Source: Epithemia pelagica (Eukaryota > Protista > Bacillariophyta). Taken from it: 64,000 bases of DNA. This document shows positions 23,549-35,107 of the stretch, one piece after another. Under the pieces are notes generated by a model, which was not told the DNA's origin, searched no databases, and saw only the letters and a program-made list of their open reading frames with translations. The DNA lies in assembly GCA_946965045.2 (NCBI GenBank), contig OX337239.1, positions 1,116,001 through 1,180,000 on the forward strand. Direction: 5' to 3'. The position numbers and the translations under genes are program-made. Each line of letters opens with the position of its first letter. Positions within the stretch are counted from its first letter, which is position 1.

Positions 23549-26137
23549 TTACATGCTCCGACTCAGTTGCAACAAGGCTTCCGCCTTGATCCGACTGGAT
23601 CGTTCTTGGACCTTCAAGGCTTCGCCGGCTTGAACCTGACCCACGCCACCCACCAGTCGATTGTACCGTTGTCGAAAATCCGTCTTTTCTTCCACCAAGG
23701 CCCTCAAGGCAAAGTAGTACTTGGCATAGAGTGAACTGGTAATGTACAAGTCCCATTTCAAAATGCGCAAAAATTGACATTCCAAACAGGAAATGGCCTG
23801 CAAGGAATATTGCGGATACACGTGCGTGAACTCAATGTTCCAACTACTCCAATCTTGCCACACCTTACTCGCCAGAAGCAATCCCGTCAAGACAATGGGT
23901 CGCCACGTGGTGGCCAAGAGTGGTACCTTGCCCTGTTCCATTAATCGTTCCACATAAATTAAACACACGATACTGCATTCCGACGACAATTGGACTGTTT
24001 GAAACAATCGATGGGCAAAGTTGTAAATTTCTTCCTCACTGGGAATCTCGTAGGTGGGTCGTATCCGTTTCTGTGCCATGACCAAACCGGACCGGGCCAT
24101 GGGTACCCGTACCATGGTACATGTATAGGTTGGTGTCAAAAAGGCATCTTCGTGAAAGGCTTTTTCCATGCACGACTTGAACAAACTATCTGTTTGCGGC
24201 GGCGGTGGAACGACTGTTGCCGTCGTCCTTGGTTTTGTGGATTGCGATTGTCTGGGACGCCGACGCGGTCGTGCAGGTTGTTGCAGTGGTGAAGTCTTGC
24301 TGTGGTTGCTGTTGGGAGCGTTCCTACCATTAACAAGGTTGCTTTTGGGGGAGGAATTGGGCGTGGTTCGACCCAGACTGTGTGTGGATTGTCGTCGCTG
24401 AGATGCCGCAGCGGCAGCGGCGGCTCGTGATTTGTTGGCAAATCGCACTTCAATTTTCAAAATGTGTTGATGCAAAATCAATGCCACACGACGAAGGGCA
24501 TGTCGAAAATTGGGACGAACCAGGGTACCACCGGCAGTCGTATGATGTGGAACGGGTGTTCGTTGGGCGGCCGGTTTGTATTTGAGACTCTTGTGGGGAC
24601 GAATGCGTGGTGTATAGGCATCGGATGAGGGACGAAACAATTCCACAATGGGGGCGTTGGCTGTCAAAGTCGATGACGAAGCCGCGGACTTGGTTCTTCG
24701 ACTTGTTGTCGTCGTTGTGGTGGAGCTGGTGCCCTTGCCTTCGTCGTTCTCCTCCTGTGGTGGATGCACAATGACCGGTTCGTGTTGAATTTGTACGCGT
24801 CGTTGAGTTGTTCTGGAAGTATTAGTAGAGCCGGTCAATGGTTTGGAAGGAGCCTGTCGTTCTCCCTTGGCAGTCGTTTTGTGTACCGAGTTCCCCTCCT
24901 CCTCTTCAGGTTGAAGTGGTAGTAACGTGTCGTCTGGTCGCACCGGTGGTGCCGCAGTTGGGGGCTTGCTGTCGTCGTCCTTGTCCACCGATAAAGGTTG
25001 ATTGGGTTCCTGGTGCAAGGGTGGTTCCAAGGTGGGAGTCGTAGTATCGGACAATGAACCTTGGTGCAACCGCCTTGTTCCAGCTGTAGTGGTGATTGTC
25101 TCGCTACTCTTGTTGTCCGATGCTATTCTTCCTGTTGGTGGCAGTTGTTGTTGTGGTTGTGCTACTATCAAGGATGTGGGTGGTTGAAATGGTATCAAAC
25201 TCGTGGTGGTGGTGGTAACGGATTCGTGTGGAAACACTTTGGGTGGTGGTACTGGTTGCGGCTCTTGCGATGGTTGTTGTTGTTTCTGTTGTTGTTGTTG
25301 TTTTTGGGTTTGCAAGGTGGACAAGGGTACGAGGAGCAAGCCGGGTGGCATTTGATAGGGTTTGGGAATGGGCAAACGCGACGACAAGGAGGGTCGTGTG
25401 GTGGTGGTGGACAAGGTGGTGGTTGTAGTACTGGTGGAGGAGGCAGTTCGAGTATTCTGCGTCGTTGTCGTGGAGGATTGCCGTTGTTGTTGTTGTTGTC
25501 GATGGTATCGCCAGTGAGGGTTCCATTCAAACGAGGTACCCGTGGAATCTTCGAGGGATCCAATGGCACTGTACAAGGAAACCGTGGTAGAAGTGTTGGT
25601 ATTGTGGGTAGGAGGTGTGGCAGCGGCCGACGCGCCCCACGAGGGAGAGGGTTGCCGTCGCTCCAACAAGACGGTGGGAGCGGTCGTAGTCGATCGTGGT
25701 TGATGGTGTGGTGCCAGTAACAGCGATGTCGGTGGAGTGGACGACACGGCATTGGAATGGGACGAAAACGAAGAGTTTGTGGGAGCCGCATCGTCCGTGG
25801 CAGTCGCAAAGGCGGCGGAGGTAGAGGGTGGTCCCTGAAACAAATCTTGCAGCAAGGATGACGACGATGAGGAAGGATTGTACGAAACTGGGTCCAAGGC
25901 TGGTCGTTTCACGACTGCTCCTCCTGGTTGAGATGGTGATTGCGGTTGATGCGACGACGACGACAAGTGTTGTTGCAAGTTCGATACATTGGAAGCGGTC
26001 AAGGTAGCTTCATTGGCCCATGAGGTAGCCGAGGAGAAGGATGGTGATGAGGAGGTTGTGGTGTTGGTTGTGGTGGTTGTCTTCCATGGGAACAGCGAAT
26101 CTTGTGGAGTCGGTGCCATGCACGAAGGAGACGACAT
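23549..26137 (-). CDS. CCNY: Cyclin Y-like protein with a very long low-complexity N-terminus
   Basis: C-terminal cyclin box IYNFAHRLFQTVQLSSECSIVCLIYVERL...WRPIVLTGLLLASKVWQD...YAKYYFALR; NFRHALRRVALILHQHI motif. The start (ATG 26137 or an upstream exon via the acceptor near 26210) is uncertain. Confidence 0.85.
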   Translation of the reverse strand: MSSPSCMAPTPQDSLFPWKTTTTTNTTTSSSPSFSSATSWANEATLTASNVSNLQQHLSSSSHQPQSPSQPGGAVVKRPALDPVSYNPSSSSSSLLQDLFQGPPSTSAAFATATDDAAPTNSSFSSHSNAVSSTPPTSLLLAPHHQPRSTTTAPTVLLERRQPSPSWGASAAATPPTHNTNTSTTVSLYSAIGSLEDSTGTSFEWNPHWRYHRQQQQQRQSSTTTTQNTRTASSTSTTTTTLSTTTTRPSLSSRLPIPKPYQMPPGLLLVPLSTLQTQKQQQQQKQQQPSQEPQPVPPPKVFPHESVTTTTTSLIPFQPPTSLIVAQPQQQLPPTGRIASDNKSSETITTTAGTRRLHQGSLSDTTTPTLEPPLHQEPNQPLSVDKDDDSKPPTAAPPVRPDDTLLPLQPEEEEGNSVHKTTAKGERQAPSKPLTGSTNTSRTTQRRVQIQHEPVIVHPPQEENDEGKGTSSTTTTTTSRRTKSAASSSTLTANAPIVELFRPSSDAYTPRIRPHKSLKYKPAAQRTPVPHHTTAGGTLVRPNFRHALRRVALILHQHILKIEVRFANKSRAAAAAAASQRRQSTHSLGRTTPNSSPKSNLVNGRNAPNSNHSKTSPLQQPARPRRRPRQSQSTKPRTTATVVPPPPQTDSLFKSCMEKAFHEDAFLTPTYTCTMVRVPMARSGLVMAQKRIRPTYEIPSEEEIYNFAHRLFQTVQLSSECSIVCLIYVERLMEQGKVPLLATTWRPIVLTGLLLASKVWQDWSSWNIEFTHVYPQYSLQAISCLECQFLRILKWDLYITSSLYAKYYFALRALVEEKTDFRQRYNRLVGGVGQVQAGEALKVQERSSRIKAEALLQLSRSM

Positions 26138-26943
26138 GCTGCTGGAGCGAGACGAGCTACTGCTGTGTTTTGCTATTGGGAGTTTTTCGTTTGGAGCGTA
26201 GATTCGGTGCACCTGTACGTTGGAGAGCCCCAACAGAAAGAACAAACAAGTGTGTGTGTCTCTCAAAAAGAGATTTCTCTGGTCCTTCTTTTTGTTGCTT
26301 TTTGTTGTTGTTGTTGCGTGAAACGCTTTGTCTCTACCACCCGAATCCAATCGACTCTTTCACCGCAAAAAGGTCGTCAATGACTGCTCCAATTCAATTC
26401 GCTGCAGCAACTCGCCCTTTTGTGAGGATTGAGTTTGTTCTTTGGTTTTCGTTCGCGATTGCAAGACCACCACCAAATTCTCGTCCCGATGTTCTGAGAC
26501 CAACTCACACCACAACAGCAAAAACAACCACCACCAAGGGCCTGCTTGCTACAACCACATCCACGAATCTTTGTCCCTCGTTTCTTTGTTGTGTGGATTC
26601 GCTCTCTGTCGTGATGTCGTTGGTCTCTTCTCGAAAAAAAGGGGGATGGACTGGATTCTTGTTTGTCGTCTTGTAGTGGGTCTGCAGTCTGTTGGGTGGA
26701 ATGTGCAAGTGGTGGGAATGTGCGCGAGACGCGAACCCACCTCGTTCCAAAGACACGAGTTGACCCGCATCTGTCGCACGTTCAGGACTCACCGATCACT
26801 GTGAGGACCAAGAGTAGTCGACGGTGCAGTTGCATGCGAGGAACACTCTCTCTCGGGCAGTAGCGCACTGCAGATGGCCCCCAACCAACACGTAACCCAA
26901 CGTGGATCTGACGTGGTGTGTTGCCGCAGATGGCCGCGCGACC

Positions 26944-28546
26944 CACTAGTGCCTCCTCTAGCCGTGTGCCCATTACAGGTCAAAACGACCCTTTGGGCAC
27001 ATGTTTTCAACTAGATATAACATGACCAATATTAGGCCTACGGTAACATGTGGATGCTCAAACTTTTTCTTCAAGACATCCTCTGTCACCATTTGATATG
27101 CCATGACACCCATATATGACATATCTAGGTCATATGAGCGCCTCCATTGGGGGCTTGTGCACCGTGATGGTGCATGTGGGCACAGTTGGGGACACTTGGG
27201 CACATGTGGGCCCACCATTATGGGAGGTCGCATGACAGTCCTATGACCATGATAAGTTTTTGGCAGACGCATTGCAACACTTTTGCGCCATTTTTTGTCC
27301 CATGGTCGACTTTCCCAGCCACGTCCCGGCCATGTCCGGCCTGGCGTGTTCAGGTCGGTGCTGATTCGGAAGTGCGAACCCCACACGGGGACACCCAGAA
27401 GATTCTTTGACAAAAATGTGTACCCCAAAATTTTGAACGCACACACCAATCCAACAATCATACAATGGCAACACATGTTCTTGTGCTATTTGAACAGTCC
27501 CCACTGGGATTGTTCATCAGGATGAGGAATGCTCTATGGAAGCTTTTTGCGTTCAAGTATTTGAACCTTTTTGTAATGGGAATCATTACAAAAAGTGTCA
27601 ATTTCTTGAGCACGACAACAAGACAACGGGAGAACGACAGTGTCGAGGGTAGTGATAACAGCAAGACAAAACAGACGACGACGAAGAAGAAGGAATGGCT
27701 GGAGGAAGTCGGCTTGGTCCTGGGTCCAGGGCTTTCATCAGGGTCAGCAATGAACCTGTGATCATTGTGCAAGCCCGGGGCAGCAAGGCTTGGGAAGTTG
27801 AGCTACTCGACATGAGGGATGGAAGCAGGACACGTGAGCTCTTACACAAGACATCTTGCCAGCTTCGAAAGATAATCAAGATGACAGATTCCCTGGAGAT
27901 GTCTATCGTGCGCCGCACCGTCCAGCAGCAGGAGCACGACAAGTGCAACAGCAGCAGGGACAGCAGCTCCCTCAGACCACTGCAATTACTCACGTGGCCA
28001 CCCAAGAACAACAACCACAACAACGAGAGCAAGATCAACATGAACAAGAAATGGCGGCCTCATCAAATGCACAACAGGTCCTCCTCGTCACCACGCCGTC
28101 TGGAGCCAACGAGAATGAAAACTTGACAGGAATCGACGTTGTTGTTGGTGCTCGTCGTCAACGCCAGCAACCACAACAACCGAATAGCAACCTGTCCTTT
28201 GAGTTCTCTGAGACTCAGGAGCCAAGTGTTGCCTACAAGTTCAAATACTAGGACGTAGTAAGTCTAAAAGCCGAGCTTTACATGAGTTTCTATAATGTGC
28301 CCATAATGTGCCCACACACGTTACACACACCACAAGCTTCTAATAGAGGCACTCCTATGACCCCCATATGTCCTATGTAGGCCAAATGGAGCATCAAATG
28401 GTGACAGAGGATGCCTTAAAGATTGGTAAGATGCATCAGATCACTGCCGTAGGGCTAATATTGATCGAGTTATTCCTAGTTGAAAACATGTGCCCAACGG
28501 TACGTTTTCGCCCGTCATGGGCACACCCGGAGAGAAGGCACTAGGG
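26944..28546. mobile_element. Putative non-autonomous DNA transposon with ~255-bp imperfect terminal inverted arms
   Basis: 26944-~27200 aligns by eye with the reverse complement of ~28290-28546. Examples: gggcacatgttttcaactag / ctagttgaaaacatgtgccc, and catcctctgtcaccatttgat / atcaaatggtgacagaggatg. Repeated TGGGCAC/GTGCCCA motifs occur in both arms. No TSD recognised. Confidence 0.75.
27695..28251 (+). pseudogene. Frameshifted ORF remnant inside the inverted-repeat element
   Basis: The ATG ORF at 27695 (MAGGSRLGPGSRAF...KTSCQLRK) overlaps a Gln-rich ORF in another frame ending at 28251. No catalytic motif is visible. Confidence 0.4.
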
Positions 28547-30227
28547 TGCGATTGGGGGGGTACCTTTGCTCGTCCGTCATCCGAAAGGAAAAAAATTGTC
28601 TCGTATTTTTTCCCAAAGCGCCAGCCGGGTGATATCGCCAGCCTCACTTCGATCGTTCGAAATAGACGCGCCGGTCACGCCTTGTATTGCTGGCACAAGG
28701 GCCAAGAATCGTCTCACTTTTCGAGCAACACCACAAAAGACGACCATGAGCACACCAAAAACCAAAAGAAAACCATCCAGCCGTACGAACGACCACAGTG
28801 ACAACTTTTTGGCCAAAACCATCCACCTAGATCACAAGTGAAGGCGGAATGCAGCAAAGGAAGGATGACAACATGAAACATGACAATCAACCACTGCAAT
28901 GAACCATCAACCACTGCAATGATGAAGCGAAGGTTTGACAGCGTCATCATGGGGTATGTAAGCCCAGGAAGCAGGAAGCCTAAACTAGTAGTGGACTATG
29001 CTTTCCCATAGACAAAGTGCCAGGAGCTTGTATTCATACTCCTAGAGGTGCATTGCACCATGTGTGTGTATTTCATGGTTTGGTGTGTCTGTGTGTGATT
29101 ATTCCGTGAAGCTTGATCCACTACTACGTAAAGCGTAAAGAGTACTCGCTTCTGAAAAAACAGTATAGACTTTAGAGTACAAAATGGGCTTTTAGATTTC
29201 TCTGTGCATGTCTCGTCAAGTCTCACTCCTGTTTCCCATTCATGAGCGCAAGCAGCTACACAGTAGGGCGAAGCCAGTTATTACAGTTGGCTTGGACGTT
29301 ATAATAATGTGCTAAATCAAAAGAAATTTGAAAGAAATAATATTTACATTTTTTAGGAAAATTTGGGAATAACCGTATGGACAGCAGACGGGAGGTACCC
29401 CCGCAACCGGAGGGTTGTCGGCGACTCCACCACTTTTCAGTCGCGCATGGTACTACACAAGCTACCATAAATACACCAACTCTGCCGCTCTACTCCCTCC
29501 TGCTCGAAATTATTGCAACAAGTTTTTTTGTCATAGTAGTCGCACAAAAAGCTCTCGTAGGCCCTGGTACATTTCTACAGGAGGATGGCCGGCTCATTCG
29601 GAGTCGAATTTTAGAGATGAACATTCAACGTGACACGCGCCAAAACCTAACTATCCTTTATTCGCTTGACACTTTTAACCGCTTAGATAACAGTAGGTGA
29701 AGAACACTTAGGAATCCGACCAAGCGCGCGCGCTATGGATGAAATTATGGGGGAATTAATTAAGTCCCTCGCATGCGATTGCTGTGCGCGCTCTCATTCC
29801 CTACTTATGATGGATCGATGAGTACCAAAAATTTTGGCGACGTTCAACAAAACACCTCTGGCAAGGTGCCATTTAAATGGGGAAGGATAGATTAATGTCC
29901 ATAGAACGTCCACAGTCATTAGCCAGCAACTCTTTGTACTTTACCCCCTCGCGGGCCTGGCTGGAGGGTGCCATGGCTTGGGTGCACCTGGGGGGCCAGA
30001 ACCGGTACGCCAAAGTTTGGGTTGCTTTTTTAGCCTCTTTTAGTTCCATGTAGCTCTCCAGGATTGTGAGATGGAACATCCGGAAGCTTTTTGAAATTTC
30101 GCCGCCAAGACGACGAGAATCGAAAAGCTGAAAGATCGAAAGATCTGGTGATCCTCCTCTTCCCTTCCCCCGCGGTAGCCTACAAGTCCAAGCCCAACAG
30201 CGAGTCCTTGTTCCTATTGCCCAATAG

Positions 30228-33200
30228 TTGAAGATGAAGCTCTCCACCTTGTCCATCGCACCTCCTGTTGAAGACGTAGCCGAAGCGGGTACGACCGGAT
30301 CCGGCCAAGAGACGAATAACAACGACCTTAATCGCAGGGAGGAAAAACTGCGATTGCTGGTACAATGCTTGGCCGAAGAAGTCTCGGAAAGGTTCGTGCC
30401 TGCTCCAACTGCAGACGAACGCACTGTTGATGCTATCAACGGCATCGGTGATTTCAAGACCCGTTGCCGATGGGCCGAGTTCTGGAGAAACGATCACAAG
30501 GATCGAGTGGAAACGGAGCAAGCCGTCTGGGCGTGCTACTACCACAACAATCCAACACTTCTCTCAGACGCCCAATGGGACCGCTCCCTCATGGACCCAG
30601 AGTGGCAGTGGCCCGACCCCTTCTCGAAGAAGAACTACGAAGAGGAACTTGAAGAAGAAGAAAAGAACTTATTCACGTCTGGTTTTATGAGCGGCGTGAA
30701 ACCTGAACACAAAAAGAAGAGCGCCCCCATCGGCTCAAACGAACTCAAATGTTTCCTAAAGCAAGTTGAAGAGGCTATCATAGCTGAATCCTTAGCCAAC
30801 AAGAAGAATCGAAACGAGAACAAACTCTCACTCGAGTTCAAGGACCTGCTAACCCAACTGAAAGAGCACGACATGGTCGTAATTCCAACGGACAAAACCA
30901 ACTCCTTTACAATTATGTCTACACGTCAATACGCAAAAGAGATCAAGCTCCACCTCTCCAAAAGCGCCGTAAAAATCCCAAAATCCAAACTCAGCGAAAT
31001 CGTTGAAAACTGCTACGCATTCCTGACCGAACTCGACCCCTACCTCTCCACCAACGAACGAAACTTCCTTAAGGAGAAAATCGAGTCGAAAGCAGTCCCC
31101 AACCCGAAAATCCTCGTTAAGAACCACAAAAAACAAAACGCCGATGGTACATTCCCAACCCGCCTAGTCGTCCCAGCAACAAATTTCACGGCCGGCTTCC
31201 CCAAGATTGGTTACCTTGGAATCAAACACCTCCTCGACAAACACGAAGTCGAGTATGGTTCCAAAAACATAATCCAATCATCCGATCTGAAACAGAAACT
31301 GGAATCTCTCTCCTTCACCATGTCCAACTCCACAATTGTGTCGGTAGACGCCGAAGCTATGTACCCGTCCATAAAATTCCAACTAATTTATGACGCGGTT
31401 CAGTACTACGCTGAGGCTCTACCACCCGAGACACACAAGACAATCAACCTTTGTTTGGATCTAATCTTCTTTGGCATGACCAACACGATTATTGCATTCA
31501 AAGATGAATACTTCCTATACAACGGTGATCTGAAACCGGAGGAAAGGGGGCTCACGATTGGAGGGTACGAGTCAGCCTGGCTAGCCGACCTCGTTATTTC
31601 GTTCCTACTCGAAGCAACCTACGACGCCATGTTCGACCCGATGCACTACTTCGGGATCTACCGAGATGACGGTCTAGCCGTTTTCAAAGGGAAACAATCG
31701 ACTAAAGGAGTTCAAAAGTGGATCGAAGCTTTCCAACAAGACATCAACGACATCGCTGGCAATGATTTCTTGAAATTCACCGCCACCATTTGGGATCCCT
31801 TGAACGAGCACAACCTGGACTCCATCACCAACAAATCAGTGTCAATTGAGAAAACACCAGCCTTTCCCTTCTTGGACATGGAGATGTTTTGGCACGACAA
31901 CGGAAATTTGGCCTACAAAGTCCATCTGAAACCGAACCAACAACTCAAATACCTCAACAGAGGTAGCGCTCACACCCCGGGATGCTTCAAAGCAATCCCA
32001 AACGGGGTGATGAAACGCCTGACGAAACTAACCTTGGTGGACGAAAGCAACCACAACTCCAGACTGGACAAACTCTACCCCGTCCATTTTGCAGCCCTGG
32101 AACACTCCAAGCTTGTCAAACCAAACTCAACCCCCACCCTAGGCGAACTAGCCAAGAAAATGGAATCGGAAAAATTGGACACGGCCTCACAAGCTCTCAA
32201 AAAACGACACGAGAGAGACCGCAAACGAGCGATTTATTTTAAGATTGGGTATTCTGACTTCTGGAAGAAACCAATCCACAAGACGCTCAAAGAAATTAAA
32301 AGCCGGTTCCCGTCGTTGTCCTGGTTGAGGATCTCGATGTCCTATCACCGCTTCACCAACATCCGGGAGCACTTCCAGGGGGATCTCAACTCCAAGTTGA
32401 ATGACGGCCTACGATCCTTGGATTTTGAGGATCTTGTCTGTAACTGTCGGAACCGTGAAGCCTGCCCCTACGGAGGCTTCTGCAGACGTTCTATCGTGGT
32501 CTATAAAGCCACCTGCCTCAAAACCGGCAAACAATATATTGGCAACACTCAACAACACGTAAAGAAGAGAATCCAACAACATGTCCAAGATGTGAAACAG
32601 CTAGTTCTCAAAGACAAGAGTTCCGACTCATTCGCGAGCCACTTCGCTTGCTTCGTTCCCAGAGATACCGAGAAGAAGGAGATCAAGAACCATGTCCGCC
32701 TCAAAGTGGACATTTTGTGGCAAGGAAAACCACTCTCCACAGTAAAAACTTTTGGGACAAAATCCTGCAAACTCTGTGCACGTGAACGCCTAGAAATTCT
32801 CAAATTCACAAGCAAACACCCCAACCTAGCAATCAACAAATGCAACGAAATCTATGGAGCATGCCGCCATAAACCGCGGTTTCACCGGTTCCCACCCAAC
32901 AACAACGCCCCCAGCACTGATGAGTCGACGAACGACGAAAGAGTCCTAGTCTGCCGCCCAGTGTCTACCTCGTCGTCCCAGTCAAACACCTCGTTTTTCT
33001 CGTGGACCTCCTCCCAGTCGCCTACCACTCGACTTTCAACCTCAAATGATGACTTTGATCAAGGATTGGATGGGAGGAGCAGCAGTATCCTAGATACTGT
33101 GCCCCCCATGACCTACCAAGAACGACGGATCGAAGGACTCCGCGCTAGGTTCGGCTTTAGCACACCAAAGGACACACCTCCAGTGGTGGTCTATGGCGAA

Positions 33201-33287
33201 AACGACCTAGAGGAACTAACCCCGACCGACCCCTTGACTACTGATGAGTTTGATACGAGCGACCAGGTGCGAGTGGAGGGAGTCTAG
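30228..33287 (+). mobile_element. Penelope-like retroelement ORF (reverse transcriptase + GIY-YIG endonuclease), 1019 aa uninterrupted
   Basis: RT motifs VIPTDKT, RLVVPA, VSVDAEAMYPSI, GLTIGGYESAWLAD, YRDDGL, PFLDM. Cys-rich linker CNCRNREAC; GIY-YIG VVYKATCLKTGKQYIGNTQQHVKKRIQQH; terminal CRHKPRFHRF. Confidence 0.93.
32914..32954 (+). ncRNA. Minimal hammerhead ribozyme-like motif of the PLE
   Basis: gca-CTGATGA(32917-32923)-GTCG-acgaa-CGAC-GAAA(32937-32940)-gagtccta-GTC-tgc. The core and 4-bp stem II are perfect; stem I is only 3 bp and stem III is non-canonical. Confidence 0.65.
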
Positions 33288-34499
33288 ACTACACCAGGCC
33301 GGCGCGTTAGCGAACGGAAAGTAGAATACTTCCGGAAACCTAGGATGATAGATGAAAACTAAACTAGCCTTCACACTCTTTGCTGTTTCGGTTTTCTGAT
33401 ATAAATTATACATGGAAATTTGAGTCTAAACATAAGCTATCGATCTATATAATTTTTAGCGCTAAAGGGCCAGCGCGTGAGAAGTTACGTCATTTTTTGT
33501 AACTTGTTGCGATAATTTCGAGCAGGAGGGAGTAGTTTTGGAGCAGAGGATGACCATGAGAATAGTTTGTGGGAGAACCGGAGAGATACTGCGCCACGGT
33601 TGTAGTGTTTCTGCCACATTCATTATTACAACACGAAATACTCGACCTAGATCAAGAGTACGCCAATGGCAGTCGTCGCATCACAACCGAGGGCGCCGAT
33701 TCAAAAAAGGTTTCGGACCACCGAAACCGTGACAGGACATGATGTGTGGAATGAGTGTGGGCCATTCTTCGAGTCTCGGGACTTTTTCTATCGGACAAGA
33801 CACTCTTTCGGAAAAAAACTGGCTTTTCCGGACAGTTGCCTACAGCTCTGGCAATCAATCCCCTTTGGACTGTGCTACCGAGATTCTCCCCAAGCACAAT
33901 GGCTTTGTCCCCCGCCGCTCGGACGCCTCTATTCCTTGGGCATGGAAATCTCATTCATGCCAACTCTTGTACCATCCCAATTCCAACAAGACGCATCCGC
34001 AAAAGACTCTCGACAGAGACACAGACACACAGGCATGTACTCGGACTATTCCCACAAGAGGTGAAGGACAAAAGAGAGAAAACAACAAGATTGCAATAAC
34101 CTACCTACTAGAGAGGTGGGACAGCGTTGTAACTGCCATTTTTTCTCGTTTATCATGGTGGCACCGTTTGTATGCTTGCTTCTCGCTCTCCCTGGACCAA
34201 GACTCTTGCTCCTTCCTCGTTTATCGTCGTGTCATGGGGTTGGGATGCTGGATGGTGGTTCACTTGGGTTGGAAACACGTTTCGTATCCTTCACTGGAAT
34301 GTCTCTTTTTACGATTACCCAACAAGTTCAGAGTTCAGAGACATTCTCTAGGTACCTACCTAGTGAGAACCAATGCAGGATTATTTATTGTTTACCCATG
34401 TGCGAATGCCGGTTTTAAGCTACGAACTCGATTTGTTCCTGGTTATTCGTGTGCGAAGCATGGGAAGAACTCAAGAGACACAAGAAGATTGTGCGAAGT

Positions 34500-34534
34500 G
34501 TGTTGCGTGTTGCGTGTTGCGTGTTGCGTGTTGC
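34500..34534 (+). repeat. Tandem repeat (GTGTTGC)x5
   Basis: Read directly; ~570 bp upstream of the GC/PDE start codon. Confidence 0.9.
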
Positions 34535-35107
34535 TCTGTGTTGTTGTTTGTGTCTGCCGGTGGAAGAGTTGGAAGTTGGAACGAAGAGCGGAAAGTGGCA
34601 GGACTCTGCCGCTTCTTCCCCCAAAACGCACGGCGGCCCAAATGGGACCAATCAACACTCTATATAATATAGGCCCATCTGAATACGAGTAAGACACACG
34701 AACTCCACTCTGTAGGTGCGGTACCCCTATATGGATCCCGCCATACGTGTCACCACGTTCCATTCCCGGTTCGCGTTCTTGACACTGCGACATGACTCTT
34801 CCGCCTTCTGGCTGTTCCTCATCAATTTATTGAATGAATTGGTGATAGACTTCAGCAATAGTAATGTAGAAGGCGACGGACTGCAAATGTCAGGGGCATG
34901 TTTCCATTAAGGATTTACGAAGGTCTTGATCTTCAAGATTGGTTGGGTGTAATATCCCGGCATTGTTTGGCCTTGTTCGGCCGCTCTCACAAATCCGGCA
35001 TCGAAACACATTGTGGTGAAAAAAAGAAACACCGAGTGCTGGAAACACTTTTTGTTGCGCTTCCTTTCTGTTCTTTGGTAAAAACACAACAGCATCAACA
35101 AGGAACC

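Noticed and set aside
26870-26935. 10-bp direct repeat gcagatggcc next to the left inverted arm
   Set aside because: It is not mirrored at the right arm, so it is not a TSD; may be chance.
29377-30457. ORFs 29377-29700 (+) and 29873-30457 (-) upstream of or antisense to the PLE
   Set aside because: No domain signatures; could not be tied to the element or to a host gene.
33241-33265. Second CTGATGAG in the PLE tail
   Set aside because: No stem II followed by GAAA, so it is not a hammerhead.
33538-34793. Overlapping ORFs including the 317-aa 33739-34692
   Set aside because: No recognisable motifs; Cys/Leu/Arg-scattered composition typical of non-coding DNA, partly produced by the 7-bp repeat.
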